Source of the DNA: Eledone cirrhosa
Taxonomy: Eukaryota
DNA: 64,000 nt
Reading direction: 5' to 3'
Assembly (NCBI GenBank): GCA_964016885.1
Contig: OZ024760.1
Coordinates: 19,406,001 to 19,470,000, forward strand
How positions within the stretch are numbered: the first letter of the stretch is position 1; each line of letters starts with the position of its first letter. The notes beneath the pieces were generated by a model. That model was not told the DNA's origin. It was given only the letters and a program-made list of their open reading frames with translations, and did no database searches. The position numbers were made by a program, and so were the translations under genes. This document shows positions 1 to 13,766 of the stretch, one piece after another.

Positions 1-11
1 TGTTAATATAT

Positions 12-43
<32 letters not shown>

Positions 44-204
44 ATATATAAAATGTCTTCTTATCTTGATATTACATACGGAATAATAGTAGCAGCGGTC
101 ATCAAGGACGTTGGTTGATATGTATGTTTATACATAGTAATATGTCTGTTTATAAACATATATAGTGATATATATATATGCACATACACACACACCCGCA
201 TATT

Positions 205-236
<32 letters not shown>

Positions 237-754
237 GTGTGTGTGTCGAAAATATTAGCTAATGAGTGCATACAAATAATGTAATGTGGTGCAAATATAA
301 AGCACGTGTGGTAATTGTTGTTGTAGTTGTTGTTGTCGTCACCTTTGTCGTCACTGTTGTTGTTGTTGTCGTCGTTGTCACTGATGTTGTTGTCGTCGTA
401 CATCTGTCTGTTCTAATGGCGAGAGTTTCATTCCTATCCATTTAAGTATAGTAGACTATATTTTACGTCCGAATTGGCATTGAGTTGGTAAATAACATCG
501 TTACAGTGTGACAAAATAACTTACGGTGTTTCTGTCCGCCCTTGATGCTCTAATTTCAAATCCGACCGAGGTTATTCTGCACTTACTCTCGGGTCCCACA
601 TAATAGGGGGAAGTGGAATAAGTGAGGCTGTGATGGGGGTGGAATCGATAATTTTTCTGGGTTGCTGATTTTTTTATTTTTTTAAACCAAAATTAATGAT
701 TTAGTTTATATATCCAGACACCAATCCACCCTAGCTCGTTTTTTGTGTCCCTAG

Positions 755-1115
755 AACTTCGCAATATTGCTAATAATGTATATTTTATAGAGTTCATTTT
801 TGTGTGGTTTGTCACTAAACCTTTACAATATTGCTGATAATGTATATTTGATAGAGTTCATTTTTGTTGTGGCGTTTTGTCAGTAAACCTTCATATTATT
901 CCTGATAATATATATCTTATAAAGTTCGTTTTTTGTGTGATTTTGTCAGTAAACCTTCACAATATTACTGATAATGTATATTTTATTAAGTTCGTTTTTG
1001 TCAGTAAACCTTCATATTATTGTTTTATAATGAATATCTTATAGAATTCATCTTTGTGTGATTTTGTGACTAAACCTTCGTATTAATGTTGATAATGAAT
1101 TTCTTATAGAGTTCA
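755..1115. repeat. Degenerate minisatellite, ~55-62 bp unit, ~6 copies
   Basis: Recurring AAACCTTCA..ATATT..TGATAATG.ATAT.TTATAGAGTTCATTTTTGTG. Confidence 0.85.
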
Positions 1116-1844
1116 ATTTTTTTTTCTATTATGGAGGGAAAGTTTTCCTTACAGCAAGCATTATTACTAATAATGGTTTCTTTAATAATAAAGAACTCAT
1201 TAGTCACAAAGGAAGTATTAATAATATAGAATGGTCATTGTTATAGAAGGGTGGTAGAAAAACAGATTAGGTCGGTTTATTTCTTCCTTCTACAAACATG
1301 TCGACGACAGGACATTTTTAGCAACTTAATCATTTCATTGAAATATTTCTTAATAGAGCTTCTGTTAAGTTAAGAAGTATTATTGACCCAGACAGGAAAA
1401 TATGTATGAGTTTACTTAGTTTATTTTGTACGAACGGACATCATGTTTAGAGTAAGAATAGTGTTTAAACTATGTCCGTCTAAATTTGTTTGATGTATCT
1501 GACATTCGTGGCGGTAAGTTATTTTAGAATATGGAAATGCCATGGCAAACTGCTGCCTCGGGCTTCAGTCATGCTGAACGGAAACTTGTGCAAGTGCTTT
1601 CTAGTAAGGGCTTAGTTTCACCAATGCCTTATTAAAGGAATTAGTGGGCGGAAACTGCAGAAGCCCGTCAAATATACATACATGTATGTGTGGCAATATG
1701 CGTAGGTGTGTAAAGGAAAAAGACAAACAGTGCTCAACCGGGAAGAGAGTTGAAATATTATATTATTTAGTTATGTTCATATACATACATACATTTAATG
1801 TGGGAATTCGGTGGTAGAAAGGATTGGGGGTGTTGTCACAGACT

Positions 1845-2000
1845 GAGACAGCGCACACATCAGTAGGAAGACCGAGGTTGACATACTTTGATGCCCTAAG
1901 GACAGACATTGGTCTCTTGGAGACGCAGGAAATGACAGCGATGATGAGGGACAGAGACCGCTGGAGAGAACTGGTCCATGGATCTCGGGTAATTTACCCG

Positions 2001-2003
<3 letters not shown>
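1845..2003 (+). mobile_element. 3' terminal fragment of RTE-clade LINE
   Basis: Translates GRPRLTYFDALRTDIGLLETQEMTAMMRDRDRWRELVHGSR, near-identical to 20990-21128; followed by (TA)n. Confidence 0.85.
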
Positions 2004-2035
<32 letters not shown>

Positions 2036-2036
<1 letters not shown>

Positions 2037-2226
2037 CGAAGGAAATGTGGTAAGGAACCAGATGGACCATAACGCACCAAAGTACTCAATACTTAGGGTA
2101 ATAGAGTGGGTAATAGGAACGAGTAGGACCCTGACGGCTGAGCTCAAGCCCTTTCGACGGGTAATTCTGGAGTCCAGAATTAGCCGTCGAAACGGCTTGA
2201 GCTCAGCCGTCGGGGTCCTACTCGTT
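2036..2226. mobile_element. Short PLE-like element family A (fold-back; 3' half of hammerhead). Other copies 6334-6578, 24236-24372, 24392-24485, 31325-31450, 35972-36098, 45757-45978
   Basis: Shared CCAGAATTAGCCGTCGAAACGGCTTGAGCTCAGCCGTCGGGGTCC plus tail ...GTATTGAGTACTTTGGTGCG...; partial inverted duplications; (TA)n flanks. Confidence 0.7.
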
Positions 2227-2257
2227 TCTCTCTCTCTCTCTCTCTCTCTCTGTATAT

Positions 2258-2530
2258 GTGGAGGCACGTGGCCTAGTGGTAAGGACGTTGGACTTATGAT
2301 CATAATATCGAGGTTTTCGATTCCTGGGTTGCGTGTTGTGTTCTTGGGCAAAACATTTCATTTCATGCTGCTCCAGTATACTCCGCTGAAAATGAGTACC
2401 AGCAATAGCCGGGGGTTTAACCCTGCGATGGATTAGCGTCCTGTCCTGCGAGAAGTCTTGTACTCTAGTCACTTCACGCCATGGAACCAGGATAAGCACC
2501 AGCCAAATGAGCCTTCTGGCTTAAGACAGA
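2258..2530 (+). mobile_element. tRNA-derived SINE family 2 (other copies 28500-28625 -, 59172-59350 -)
   Basis: A box TGGCCTAGTGG, B-box-like TTCGATTCC, body TTGGGCAAAACATTTCATTTCATGCTGCTCCAG shared with the other copies. Confidence 0.75.
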
Positions 2531-2581
2531 CTTTATATATATTTATTTATTTATTTATTAAAATAACAGATTACAGATTAA

Positions 2582-2632
2582 ATTTTAAGCAAAGAATCGC
2601 TGCTTTCACCCTTAACTGGATCTTCTGAAACA
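2582..2632 (-). ncRNA. Hammerhead-like motif with variant core CAGAAGA (family F)
   Basis: Minus strand: GUUU CAGAAGA UCCAGUUAAGGGU GAAAGCA..UGCUU AAAAU. Confidence 0.55.
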
Positions 2633-2696
2633 TATATTTTATATATATATTATCATTATCGAGCTCTCTTCGGATTTTAGTCTTCACATTTATTAT

Positions 2697-2743
<47 letters not shown>

Positions 2744-2872
2744 GTAAACAGAAATAACAGCACAATCGGTACAGTAAATGGAAGGGATATATTAGGTTAA
2801 CGCTTGATATAGCAGGAAGAGGGTGTTAACGTTTCGGACGCTAGTTCTTCATCTATATATATATGAGAATAG

Positions 2873-2955
2873 ACTTTCCTGACGACGGAATGCTTCTCTG
2901 TATTATTCTTCGGAAAATATATTTTCTCCATTCCAGAAACTAATTAGTTGGAAGT
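2873..2955 (+). ncRNA. Type I hammerhead ribozyme
   Basis: Stem I ACUUUC/GGAAGU, CUGACGA, stem II GGAAUG/CAUUCC, GAAAC-UAAUUA-GUU (palindromic AACUAAUUAGUU). Confidence 0.8.
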
Positions 2956-3003
2956 GATATTTTAGTAAGTAAGTTAATTTTATAATTTTCTTATTTTACG
3001 TCT

Positions 3004-3057
<54 letters not shown>

Positions 3058-3394
3058 CGGTTGAATCATGGCGGTGTACCAGAATGGCCGCATTCTTATG
3101 AATGAAACCTGTAAATGTATGAAATAAATGTAAAAAAAAAATATGTATCCATTTAATGGGAAAGAGAGGGTGTATTGATATAACAAATGGAGACAGAACA
3201 AAAGTATTTCACTATATTTTCTATCTAGATTGTTCCTGATCTTTCGAGATAACAGTGAAGGAAGAATTTTGCACTTGAGTCTGGAAAATGGAATTTTATC
3301 AACAGTTCCAACTGAAATTCTCATCTAGAAATATGAAATATTTTTTTGATTTATTAAAATAATATTTGTTCTGATTTCTTGCCGTACTTTTAAG

Positions 3395-3481
3395 TGATGC
3401 ATGTATACGTATGTATATATATGTATAAATATATATATATATGTGTGTGTGTGTGTATATATATACATATATATATATATG

Positions 3482-3520
<39 letters not shown>

Positions 3521-4258
3521 ATGTATATATATATATATATATAAATATATATATATGTGTGTGTATGTGTATGTATATATATATATTTCTGTATGTGTAT
3601 GTATATATATGTGTATGTATATATATGTGTATGTACATATGTGTATGTATATATATGTGTATGTACATATATGTATGTATACATATATATATGTGTATGT
3701 ACATATGTATGTATACATATATATATATGTGTGTATGTATATATGTATGTATAAATATTTTTATTTTATTTTTATTTATTTATTATTATTATTTTTTTTT
3801 TTTCTTTCTCCTCGTGCAATGGCCATACTCGATAACGAGGGGGCAGCCATCTTGTATAAATATATATGTGTTTGTGTATGTATGTATGTATATATATATA
3901 TGTATGTATAAATATATATATATGTGTGTATCTATGTATGTATATATGTATGTATAAATATATATATATGTGTATATGTATATGTATATATATATATATG
4001 TGTATGTATGTATATATGTATGTATAAATATATATATATATGTGTATATGTATATATATATATATATGTGTGTGTGTCTGTGTGTGTATGTGTGCATATG
4101 TATGTATATATGTATGTATAAATATATATATATGTGTATATGTGTATAAATATATATATATATATGTGTGTGTGTGTGTCTGTGTGTGTATGTGTGCATA
4201 TGTATGTATATATGTATGTATAAATATATATGTATATATGTATGTATAAATATATATA

Positions 4259-4301
<43 letters not shown>

Positions 4302-4362
4302 CTGTGTGTGTATGTGTGCATATGTATGTATATATGTATGTATAAATATATATATATATGTG

Positions 4363-4402
<40 letters not shown>

Positions 4403-4516
4403 CATATGTATATATATATGTATATATATATATATAATTGTGTATGTGAATGTATATATACATATATTTATGTATAAATATATATGTGTGTAGGTGTGTA
4501 TGTATGTATATATACA

Positions 4517-4555
<39 letters not shown>

Positions 4556-4578
4556 ATGTATATATACATATATGTATT

Positions 4579-4611
<33 letters not shown>

Positions 4612-4704
4612 ATGTATATATACATATATGTATGTGTATGTATGTATATATACATATATATATACACACATAACCATACATATATATATATATATATATA
4701 TAAC

Positions 4705-4773
<69 letters not shown>

Positions 4774-4800
4774 GCATACATAACCATATATGTATACATA
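3395..4800. repeat. (TA)n/(TG)n compound microsatellite
   Basis: Dinucleotide tract; similar tracts at 9140-9970, 13840-14340, 22900-23490, 26820-27335, 36930-38160, 49020-49560. Confidence 0.97.
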
Positions 4801-5564
4801 TTTACAGGTCTAGGTTCGTTGAGATGATTTTCTTCCATATCAATTTTTAAGATCTAAAATAACATAGAATACACAGTTTTAATTAGATGATTGCCTAATG
4901 AGAACATCGACAGAGAATTTCCTTCTTCAGTGATGTATTTCTTCCCCTCTAAAATAAGTTGACACCCATGTTATGGGATATTTCCTCTGGAGAATTTCGA
5001 GAAAATCTCCCACGTACTACGCAACACATTACATCATATATTAGTATCTAAAACCAGGGTCAAATTAAAGTCAACGTTGACCTATTACGAATGTAAAGGA
5101 CAAAAAAAAAACAACAACAACAAAAAAGAATGCCGCAGGGCGTTTTGTGAGACGCTCTAACGATTCTGTCCACTCAGAACCCCCTTGTCTTGCGTATTAA
5201 TGCTTTTTAATTTATTTATATAGTACTAAAATTCTGTGATTGCTTTCTTGCTTCCTTGATTGTTTGTCTGTAATGTAACACAGCCAAAAGGATGCATAAT
5301 GGGAAAATGCTTTGTATAAAATATCAGTGTATTACTGGTACTTTATTTTATCGACCCCGTAAGGATGAAAGGCAAAGTTAACCTCGGCGGGATTTGAACT
5401 CAAACCATAAACGGATGTAACTATGCTAGAAAGCATGGCGTCCTCTACCGAAACCTCCAATTCGCCGCCTTTTTTATTGCTTTAATAATGAGGGATAGAA
5501 AATGTATAAACATACTGTAGGGGATAAGAATTGTCTATTCTGCAGCCTAAACATTGGACATATG

Positions 5565-6000
5565 TTTATGGGTGGGGGTGGGGGTGGGGGATGTGGTTGT
5601 GATGGTGGGGGGTTGTGGTGGCGATGGTGGGGGGTTGTGGTGGTGATTGTGAGGGATCGTGGTGTGGTGATGACGGTGTGGGGTGACGGTGGGTTGCTCT
5701 GCTGGTAGTGATGGTGGGGGGGAGGTGATTGGCGTTGGTGAATTGCTTGTGTGGGTGGTGTTGGAGTGATGTTGATGGTGGTGGGTGGGGGGGTTGCTTG
5801 TGTGGGTGGTGATGCTGAGGGGGGGGGGATGAGTTTGGAGGTTGCTGGTGAGGGTTTCTTTTGGTGGTGGCGGTGGTGGGTTTGGGGGTTCTTGTTGGTG
5901 GTGGTGGGATTGCTGGTGGCGCTGGGGGTTGAGGGCTGGTGGTGGTGGTGTATATAAGGGTTTGTTGGTGGTGGCGCTTTTCGGGGGGTGCTGGTGATAG
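5565..6000. repeat. G/GGT-rich low-complexity tract
   Basis: Degenerate (GGT)n. Confidence 0.85.
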
Positions 6001-6280
6001 AAACAATGGGAAAAGATAAAGGAAATTCGCTTAATGTTATCAGAGACAGGAAATGTATCTGTTTTAAGGTGATGAAGCATGGCTAAATGAAGGTAAGGGG
6101 AATAATGACACGATGTAAACATACGGAAGGATTACACTCACATACACATGCAGACACACACACATGCACGCGCACACACATGCAGACACACACACATGCA
6201 CACACACACACACATGCACACGTGCACCTCACATAACTGCAACTTTGCTTCCTGTGTTTTCTTTTGTTTCATTTATAAAC

Positions 6281-6336
<56 letters not shown>

Positions 6337-6575
6337 GGAACGAGTAGGACCCCGACGGCTGAGCTCAAGCCGTTTCGACGGCTAATTCTGGACTAAAAAA
6401 ATAAATAAAAAATCATTTTTTTTTTATTTTTTTGTTTCTGTCCAGAATTAGCCGTCGAAACGGCTTGAGCTCAGCCGTCGGGGTCCTACTCGTTCCTATT
6501 ACCCACTCTACTACCCTAAGTATTGAGTACTTTGGTGCGTTATGGTCCACCTGGTTCCTTACCACATTTCCTCCG

Positions 6576-6637
<62 letters not shown>

Positions 6638-6743
6638 AGAGAGAGAAAGAGAGAAGTGTGTGTGTATATATATATACAGAGAGAGAGAGATAAGTATATA
6701 TATATATATATACAGAGAGAGATAAGTTTATATATATATACTG

Positions 6744-6780
<37 letters not shown>

Positions 6781-7084
6781 GAGTGTATGTGTGTGTGTGT
6801 GTGTGTGTGTTTTACTTTGCTCACGTTCTCTGTCCAAGGCCTTACATCCCTCTCCAACCCCTCTTCATACTCACAAACATTGTCTCTTAAGCCATGAGGA
6901 AAGAAGTGAGAAGACATGACATCTTCCTCGCTACTTGCATCACATATGAATGCATGGAGAGTCCTCAGTTCTTCCGGTAACGAGCCTCGAAATCTTGAGC
7001 TCCTTAGCAATGGCACTAACTGATATTCTGGGATTCTTATCAGTAATTTTCTGGGCATTTCGTATGTTATTGCTCCAACCAATG

Positions 7085-7620
7085 GCAACACCACGGGGCC
7101 ATATTTACTGCAGATCCTGAAGCAATCTAATGAAGTGGAAAATATGAATTGTTGAGAGAAGCTAAAAATTTAAAACTTTATTCGCTGAAGCAAAAACGGG
7201 AGAGATGCCCAATGATATGCATATGGGGGCTTCTAGAAAGGGCTAGAATTATACTTTGGCATATGAGTTGTACCAAACCCGGAACAGGAGGTCCCTGCAT
7301 TGACCCATTCTCCACATTTAGAGTAAGGACCTAATACGGTAATTGTTTAGGATTCAAGGGTCACCAGCTCTTTGATATGCTGCCAGAAAAACTGAGAGAT
7401 GTAAATGGTGTTGGTGTAGATGTTTTTAAGTATAATCTCGACATTCTGCTATCTAAGATCTCGGAAGGGTTCACAGAACACCAACAAGCACAAATAAGGT
7501 CGGCAGTGCCAAACTCCCTCATTCATCAATGACCTGCCAAAGACTACGGACATAGAAACCATAGCAAAAATAGCTGCGCCTCAGCTTGGTCTCACACCGT
7601 CAACTAAAATAAGTAAAATT
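7085..7620 (+). pseudogene. Degenerate 3' end of CR1/L2-group LINE ORF2
   Basis: Reads [22 protein letters not shown] and GFKGHQLFDMLPEKLRDVNGVGVDVFKYNLDILLSKIS, typical C-terminal motifs of CR1-group RTs; frame disrupted. Confidence 0.75.
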
Positions 7621-7927
7621 GAAAGATAATATATATATATAAGTTTTCATGAAATAGTCTTTAAGACTATACAGAGCATTTGATGTTTTTCCAAATTGAA
7701 GGATAAGTATTTTAGACTTTATTTTATCATGAGTTAAGGCTCTATCGATTTTTCCCTGGATTTCACTAAATTCTGTGGATGAATTTATATCCTGATTCTC
7801 TTTTGAGATGAGTTTGAATTATTTTTCCTACATCTTACGTTAACTATTTTTCCCATCTTGACGACATCGTCGCATATATCTTATGGAATACTGTTAGCTT
7901 CTCGCTAAAACAATTTCTATACCTTTC

Positions 7928-7978
<51 letters not shown>

Positions 7979-8063
7979 TATATATCAGTGACCACTAAGT
8001 ATGCTTGGTGGTCACCGCTCTATCCAGCTCCTTTGTCTACCAGTATATCATGAAAAGGTGTTA

Positions 8064-8352
8064 CATCTCCTATGTATTTTGTCTGAGGAGGACATGTTTT
8101 GCTTTATGTTATTTATAGTGGATTGGCAGTATCGGTAGAGAGTCGGACGCCATGCTTTCCAGCATAGTTACGTCCCTTTACGATCTGAGTCCAAATCCCG
8201 CCGAGGTTGACTTTGCCTTTCATCCTTACGGGGTCGATAAAATAAAGTACCAGTAATGCACTGGGTTATTGCTGGTCTTGTGCCTAAAGTAGAAACAGTT
8301 ATTTATAAAACTTAACATCTTCGAAATATATATATTAAAATAAATAGAGATG
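8064..8352 (+). ncRNA. Type I hammerhead ribozyme interrupted in loop II by a SINE
   Basis: UAUUUUGU CUGAGGA (8083) GGACAUGUU...[SINE 8118-8297]...AACAUCUUC GAAAU AUAU AUA UUAAAAUA; TSD GTTATTTATA at 8108-8117 and 8298-8307. Confidence 0.7.
8118..8297 (+). mobile_element. tRNA-derived SINE family 1, near full length
   Basis: A box TGGCAGTATCGG, B-box-like GAGTCCAAATCC, body GCCTTTCATCCTTACGGGGTCGATAAAATAAAGTACCAG; 10-bp TSD. Confidence 0.9.
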
Positions 8353-8536
8353 ATATGAAGTATATATCTTTCGTTTATTACTACTGATGGTCAATAAATG
8401 ATAAACATTGATTGTCAGATAAATTAACTATGGAGATATAAAAGATACAGAAGCGAAAACCAATCCAATCCAAACAGTGAGTGTGTTCTGTTATTATTTC
8501 TGGCAATATTATGACAATATGACCCTCCACAAGTAT

Positions 8537-8572
<36 letters not shown>

Positions 8573-8617
8573 CTCTATTCTTTTAAATATATATATATAT
8601 ATATATATAATATAATA

Positions 8618-8870
8618 TAATATAAGATCAAAAGATGGTTAAAAGAGTTACATGTATTTTATTGTGCGCATTTCAAAAACAAATATCATCATGCGATGAC
8701 ATTTGCGTTTTCGTCAGATAAAATAGGGAGACATGATATGAAGGTTAAAAAACACTTGTGAATAGTGCAGTTTTAAATCAACATTATTTATACTCCAGTC
8801 CTACAAACTGTAGAGTGCTACTTATCCGATATCTGCATTGCTTTAATGTACTACAATAAAACTCACCTCT

Positions 8871-8873
<3 letters not shown>
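8618..8873. mobile_element. HHR element family B (HHR 8655-8725 on minus; triplet mutated to ACA)
   Basis: Homologous to 22590-22900, 52119-52390, 56352-56571; 5' part inverted relative to tail; (TA)n flanks. Confidence 0.8.
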
Positions 8874-8913
<40 letters not shown>

Positions 8914-8957
8914 CATAAATACATACATACATAATATAAAGTCACACGTACAGACTT

Positions 8958-8991
<34 letters not shown>

Positions 8992-9190
8992 TGACACACA
9001 CACATTCACACATACAGAGGGAAAGTGAGAAAAGAGAGGTATAAACTTCTTACTCAAGGTTTCACAACCGTGAGGGGTCGGGGAAGGCTTGAAAAGTAAA
9101 AATGCCAACAAAGCACGCAAAAGCCACCAAAAATACAAGTCACATATACATACATATATATATATGTGTATATTATAAATACATATATAT

Positions 9191-9230
<40 letters not shown>

Positions 9231-9541
9231 TTATATGCATACATATATATATATACACTTATATGCATACATATATATATATACATATATATGTATGCAT
9301 ATATATGCATATATATATGTATGTATATATATATATATGCATATATGTATATGCATATATATATGTATGCATATACATATATGCATACATATATATATAT
9401 ATATTTATATGTACATATATATATTTATATATATATATGTACGTATATATATATATATATATATATTTATATGTACATATATATATTTATATATATATAT
9501 GTACGTATATATATATATATTTATATGTACATATATATATT

Positions 9542-9731
<190 letters not shown>

Positions 9732-10401
9732 TATATATATATATGTACATATATATATATGTTTACATATATATATATGTACATATATATATATATGTTT
9801 ACATATATATATATGTACATATATATATATGTGTACATATGTATATATATATATATATATACATATATATACATACATATATATTTACATATATATATAC
9901 ATATATACATATATATATACATACATTTGCATATATTTATATATATATATATATGTGTGTATACATACACATGAGTGTTTGCGTTTCGTTTGTGTGTAAT
10001 ATATTTCAGTTACGTGTTAATTTCTCTGTCAGTCCTTCCCCCACCAACCAACTACCCCTCCCCACCGAAATCATTTTTGATAGACGGCTTAAAAATTTTA
10101 AAATATGCCCACCTCCTTTACTAAAGCACAAAACTCCCAGCCCTCAGAACGGGTTGCTTGTTTGTTTTTTGTTGTATTTTTCTGTGAGTGTTTCTTATTT
10201 TTTATCTATTTATTCGTTTAGTTTAGTTTAGTTTTTTTTTGTTTTTTGTTTTTGTTGTTTCTTCAGCCTGCAAACTTAGCTGTCTTTACTTAATAACTGT
10301 TGAATTTCCATAACTAACGCCCCCTGTCTTGCGATCTACTGGTGCTTTTTACGAGCCAGCAGTGAGATCTGACGGTAGAGGGCGGTAACGTAGATACTTA
10401 C

Positions 10402-10860
10402 AGCAAAAGTTAGATCACCACCAACAACCACTTGGCGTTTAGCTTTAGCTTAATAAATAAAAAAAAATAAAGGAAAAGAAAAGGAAAGGAAAAAAGGAAA
10501 GTGGGAGAGAAGTCTCCCCCTTAACTCCCAAACCACAGTGTGTTTGTCTGTGTGTCTTTCTTTCTGTCTGTCTGTCTGTCTTTGCTATGGTAATATCGTC
10601 ATCATAATATTGTGTGTGACAGAGAAACACATATAGAAATATACACAACACTCATAACACCTCGTACTGTACTGTACAAGTGACAGGGTGACGACGACGG
10701 CGACGACGACGACGACGACTGTGGTAACTCCTTTCTCTACACCTCTTTTCTCTTCTGTTCCCACTTAACTTATAGAACAGTTCGGACTACTTCCTTTTCG
10801 TTTGTTGTTCTTCTGTTCGCTAAGTTGCAGCAGAGAGAGACACTGAAAGAGAGAGCGAGA
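10402..10860 (-). other. Possible non-coding first exon/promoter region of a minus-strand gene
   Basis: Unique, relatively CpG-rich sequence ending at a consensus donor GCT|GTAAGT on minus (ACTTAC at 10396-10401). Confidence 0.35.
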
Positions 10861-11194
10861 TCTCATCAGCCCGACATCAACAGGGACCTAAATCTTAAGC
10901 TTTAAGGCTTGAGATTAAGATTTTGTAATATTCAACAACTCCACGGGATCATTATACCAGCAGCTCTACCAATTTGTGACTATTGTCCGTTTAGGGAAAC
11001 CGGTCAGGTAAGAATAATTATAATACTCTTTTACTCTTTTACCTGTTCCAGCCATCCGGATAACTACAATAATAATAATATTATTTATGTCAATAATAAT
11101 AATATTATTTATGTCAATAATAATATTTGTATTGGCCACTAGGGCCCTACGTGTAGGGGACAAAACAAAAAGACAAGGGCGGTGAGGGTTTACA

Positions 11195-13140
11195 ATAGTA
11201 ATTGTTTCTACTTTTGGCACAAGGCCAGCAATTATCCCAGTGTATTACTGGTACTTTATTTTATCGACCCCGTAAGGATGAAAGGCAAAGTTAACCTCGG
11301 CGAGATTTGAACAATAATAATAACAATAATAATAATATTTCTTGCCTTCGTTCAATCTATAGGCACATGCTCTGAACAAGTTCAGAACAAGCTTAGAACA
11401 AGCTCCTTCCCTCGGGCCAATCTCGCCTCTTTAACCCAGCTTTCAGCAAAATATATATTAATTATAATTGCCTTTCATCCTTACAGGGTTGATAAAATAA
11501 AGTACCAGTAATACACTGAAATAATTGGTGGCTTTGTGCCAAAAAAGAAACAATTATAATGATTTCTTTATTGGCCACTAAACATAATTAAGGCTTCTGG
11601 TTAAAGCACAAGGCCAACAATTTAAAGAAGAGGTGGGAGGAAATCCATTAAGTCAACCAAAGACCTACGATTTGCAGTATTCGTTCTGGATGGTTAGGGT
11701 CTAAGTTCAAATCTTGTCGAGGTCAACTTTGCCTTTCATCCTTCCGGTGTGGATAAAATTAAGTACCAGTTATGTACTTGGGAGATCAATATAATCCCCC
11801 CCCCCCCACACACACACACAAATTGCTATCATTTAGCCTAAGTTAGAAAATATTATTGGCAGTATCGGTAGTGTCGGACACTATGCTTTGCAGCATAGAG
11901 TTACGGCCATTTACGTTCTGAGTTCAAATCCCGCCGAGGTTAACTTTGCCTTTCATTCTTACAGTGTCGATAAAAATTAAAATAACAGTAATACACTGGG
12001 GGTTATTTGCTGACCTTTAGAAACATTATTATTGTTATTTCTATGTAAATCTCCATTAACACTATTGTATTATCTTGAATGTCTTCGGCCCGGGTGGCCA
12101 CTGAATTTATTAATATTATCATTGGATCAGCAGTAATCGGTAGAGCGTCAGAAAATATGCTTTGCGGCATATCGTTATGTCCCTTTACTTTCTGAGTTCA
12201 AATTCCACCGAGGTTTGCTTTGCTTTGCTTTTCGTCCTTACAAGGTCGATCAAATAAAGTACCAGTAATGCACTGGCGTCGATTTAATCGAATTCCCCAT
12301 CCCACCCCACCCTTTCAAATTTCTGGCCTTGTGCCTAAAGTAGAAGTTATTGGATTGGCAGTATCGGTAGAGCGTCGGACATGCTTTGTGTCATATCGTT
12401 ACGTCACTTTACGTCCTATTTCGATGAAATAAAGTACCAGTAATACACTGGGGTTCAATTTAATTGACTTTCCCTTTCGCCACCTGAATCGTTGGTCTTG
12501 TGTCTAAATCATAAACCATTATTATGATTTTTACTCGGTGGATTGGCAGTATCGGTAAAGGGTCGGACGCCATGCTTTCCGGCATAGAGTTATGGCCCTT
12601 TACGGGCTGAGTTCAAATCCCGCCGAGGTTAACTTTGCCTTTCATCCTTACGGGGTCGATAAAATAAAGTACCAGTAATATACTGGGATAATTGCTGGCG
12701 TTGTGCCAAAAATAGAAACAATTGTTATGATTTTTACTCGCTTCAGTACAAAGATTTCTTTACATGTCATACACTTGGTGTAAGGGAACTCTTATATTGC
12801 TGATAATCAGAAACACGAGAGGCCATATTTGAATCTGGCGGGATTCGAACTCAAAATACAAAGGGAGATAACTATATACTACATTGCATATTTTTTTTTT
12901 TTTCTGACACGCTACAGGTTTTCGATCTATTCTCAGTTAAATATGACATTTTTTTCTAAAATATACACAAGGTCAGAAATTTAAATGTTGGCGGGGGTGG
13001 GGTGGGGGGGTCCAATCGATTATTGACGGGCACAGAGACATGATTGGTAGTTTAGTGTAATCAATCATGAGAGGTGAAAGGTAAAGTTCACCTCGACAGG
13101 ATTTGAACTCAAATCTTAAGGAGTTCAAACTTCGCAGATG
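11195..13140. mobile_element. Cluster of ~9 SINE family 1 copies/fragments in both orientations
   Basis: Repeated GTTCAAATCCCGCCGAGG / GTCGATAAAATAAAGTACCAG; copy 12537-12724 has TSD TTATGATTTTTACTCG. Confidence 0.9.
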
Positions 13141-13284
13141 AAACCAATTTATCGATTAAGCAAAAATGCAGAAAATAATTTGTTTTATAAATATCATTGT
13201 ATAAAACACAAAAAAATATATACTTATACATGCATGCATATCTTTTATACACACATAAATATATATATATATAAATACATACGA

Positions 13285-13325
<41 letters not shown>

Positions 13326-13584
13326 ATGTTCCTATGTATATATATATATATATATATATTCATTAGTTAAGCAAAACAAGACCACAAATTTTACAATGAA
13401 GACATTATTAAAAGATTGTCAACATAGTTTTAGTTTGATGTAAGGAATGTAGAGAATAATAATAATAATATTAATAATAATAATGTCCGTTTACAATTGT
13501 TTCGCTACTCCATATAAGGTTTCTGGATCAAATGATTATAGATCAAATGATTATAGATCAAATGATTATAGATCAGTATTGATC

Positions 13585-13766
13585 GGTGGATTGGCAGTAT
13601 CGGTAGAGGGTCGGACGCCATGCTTTCAAGCATAGTTACGTCCCTTTACGATCTGAGTTCAAATCCCGCCGAGGTTGACTTTGCCTTTCATCCTTACGGG
13701 GTCGATAAAATAAAGTACCAGTAATGCACTGGGTAATTGCTGGCCTTGTGCCTAAAGTAGAAACAA
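13585..13766 (+). mobile_element. SINE family 1, full length
   Basis: A/B boxes; TSD AGTATTGATC. Confidence 0.92.

Noticed and set aside
259-441. Thr-rich or Asn/Asp-rich short ORFs
   Set aside because: Trinucleotide (GTT/GTC) repeat; no supportable splice structure or domain
3299-4838. Long Y/I/C/V/H/T-rich ORFs (also 9102-10231, 36767-38406, 48871-49571)
   Set aside because: Translations of (TA)n/(TG)n microsatellites, open in many frames on both strands
4895-4950. CUGAAGA on minus strand with partial stem I
   Set aside because: No GAAA element; at best a decayed hammerhead. Half-motifs at 13485-13505 and 38778-38795 likewise not counted as intact
13585-13766. SINE heads as tRNA genes
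   Set aside because: A/B boxes present but no cloverleaf; continue into a shared SINE body with TSDs
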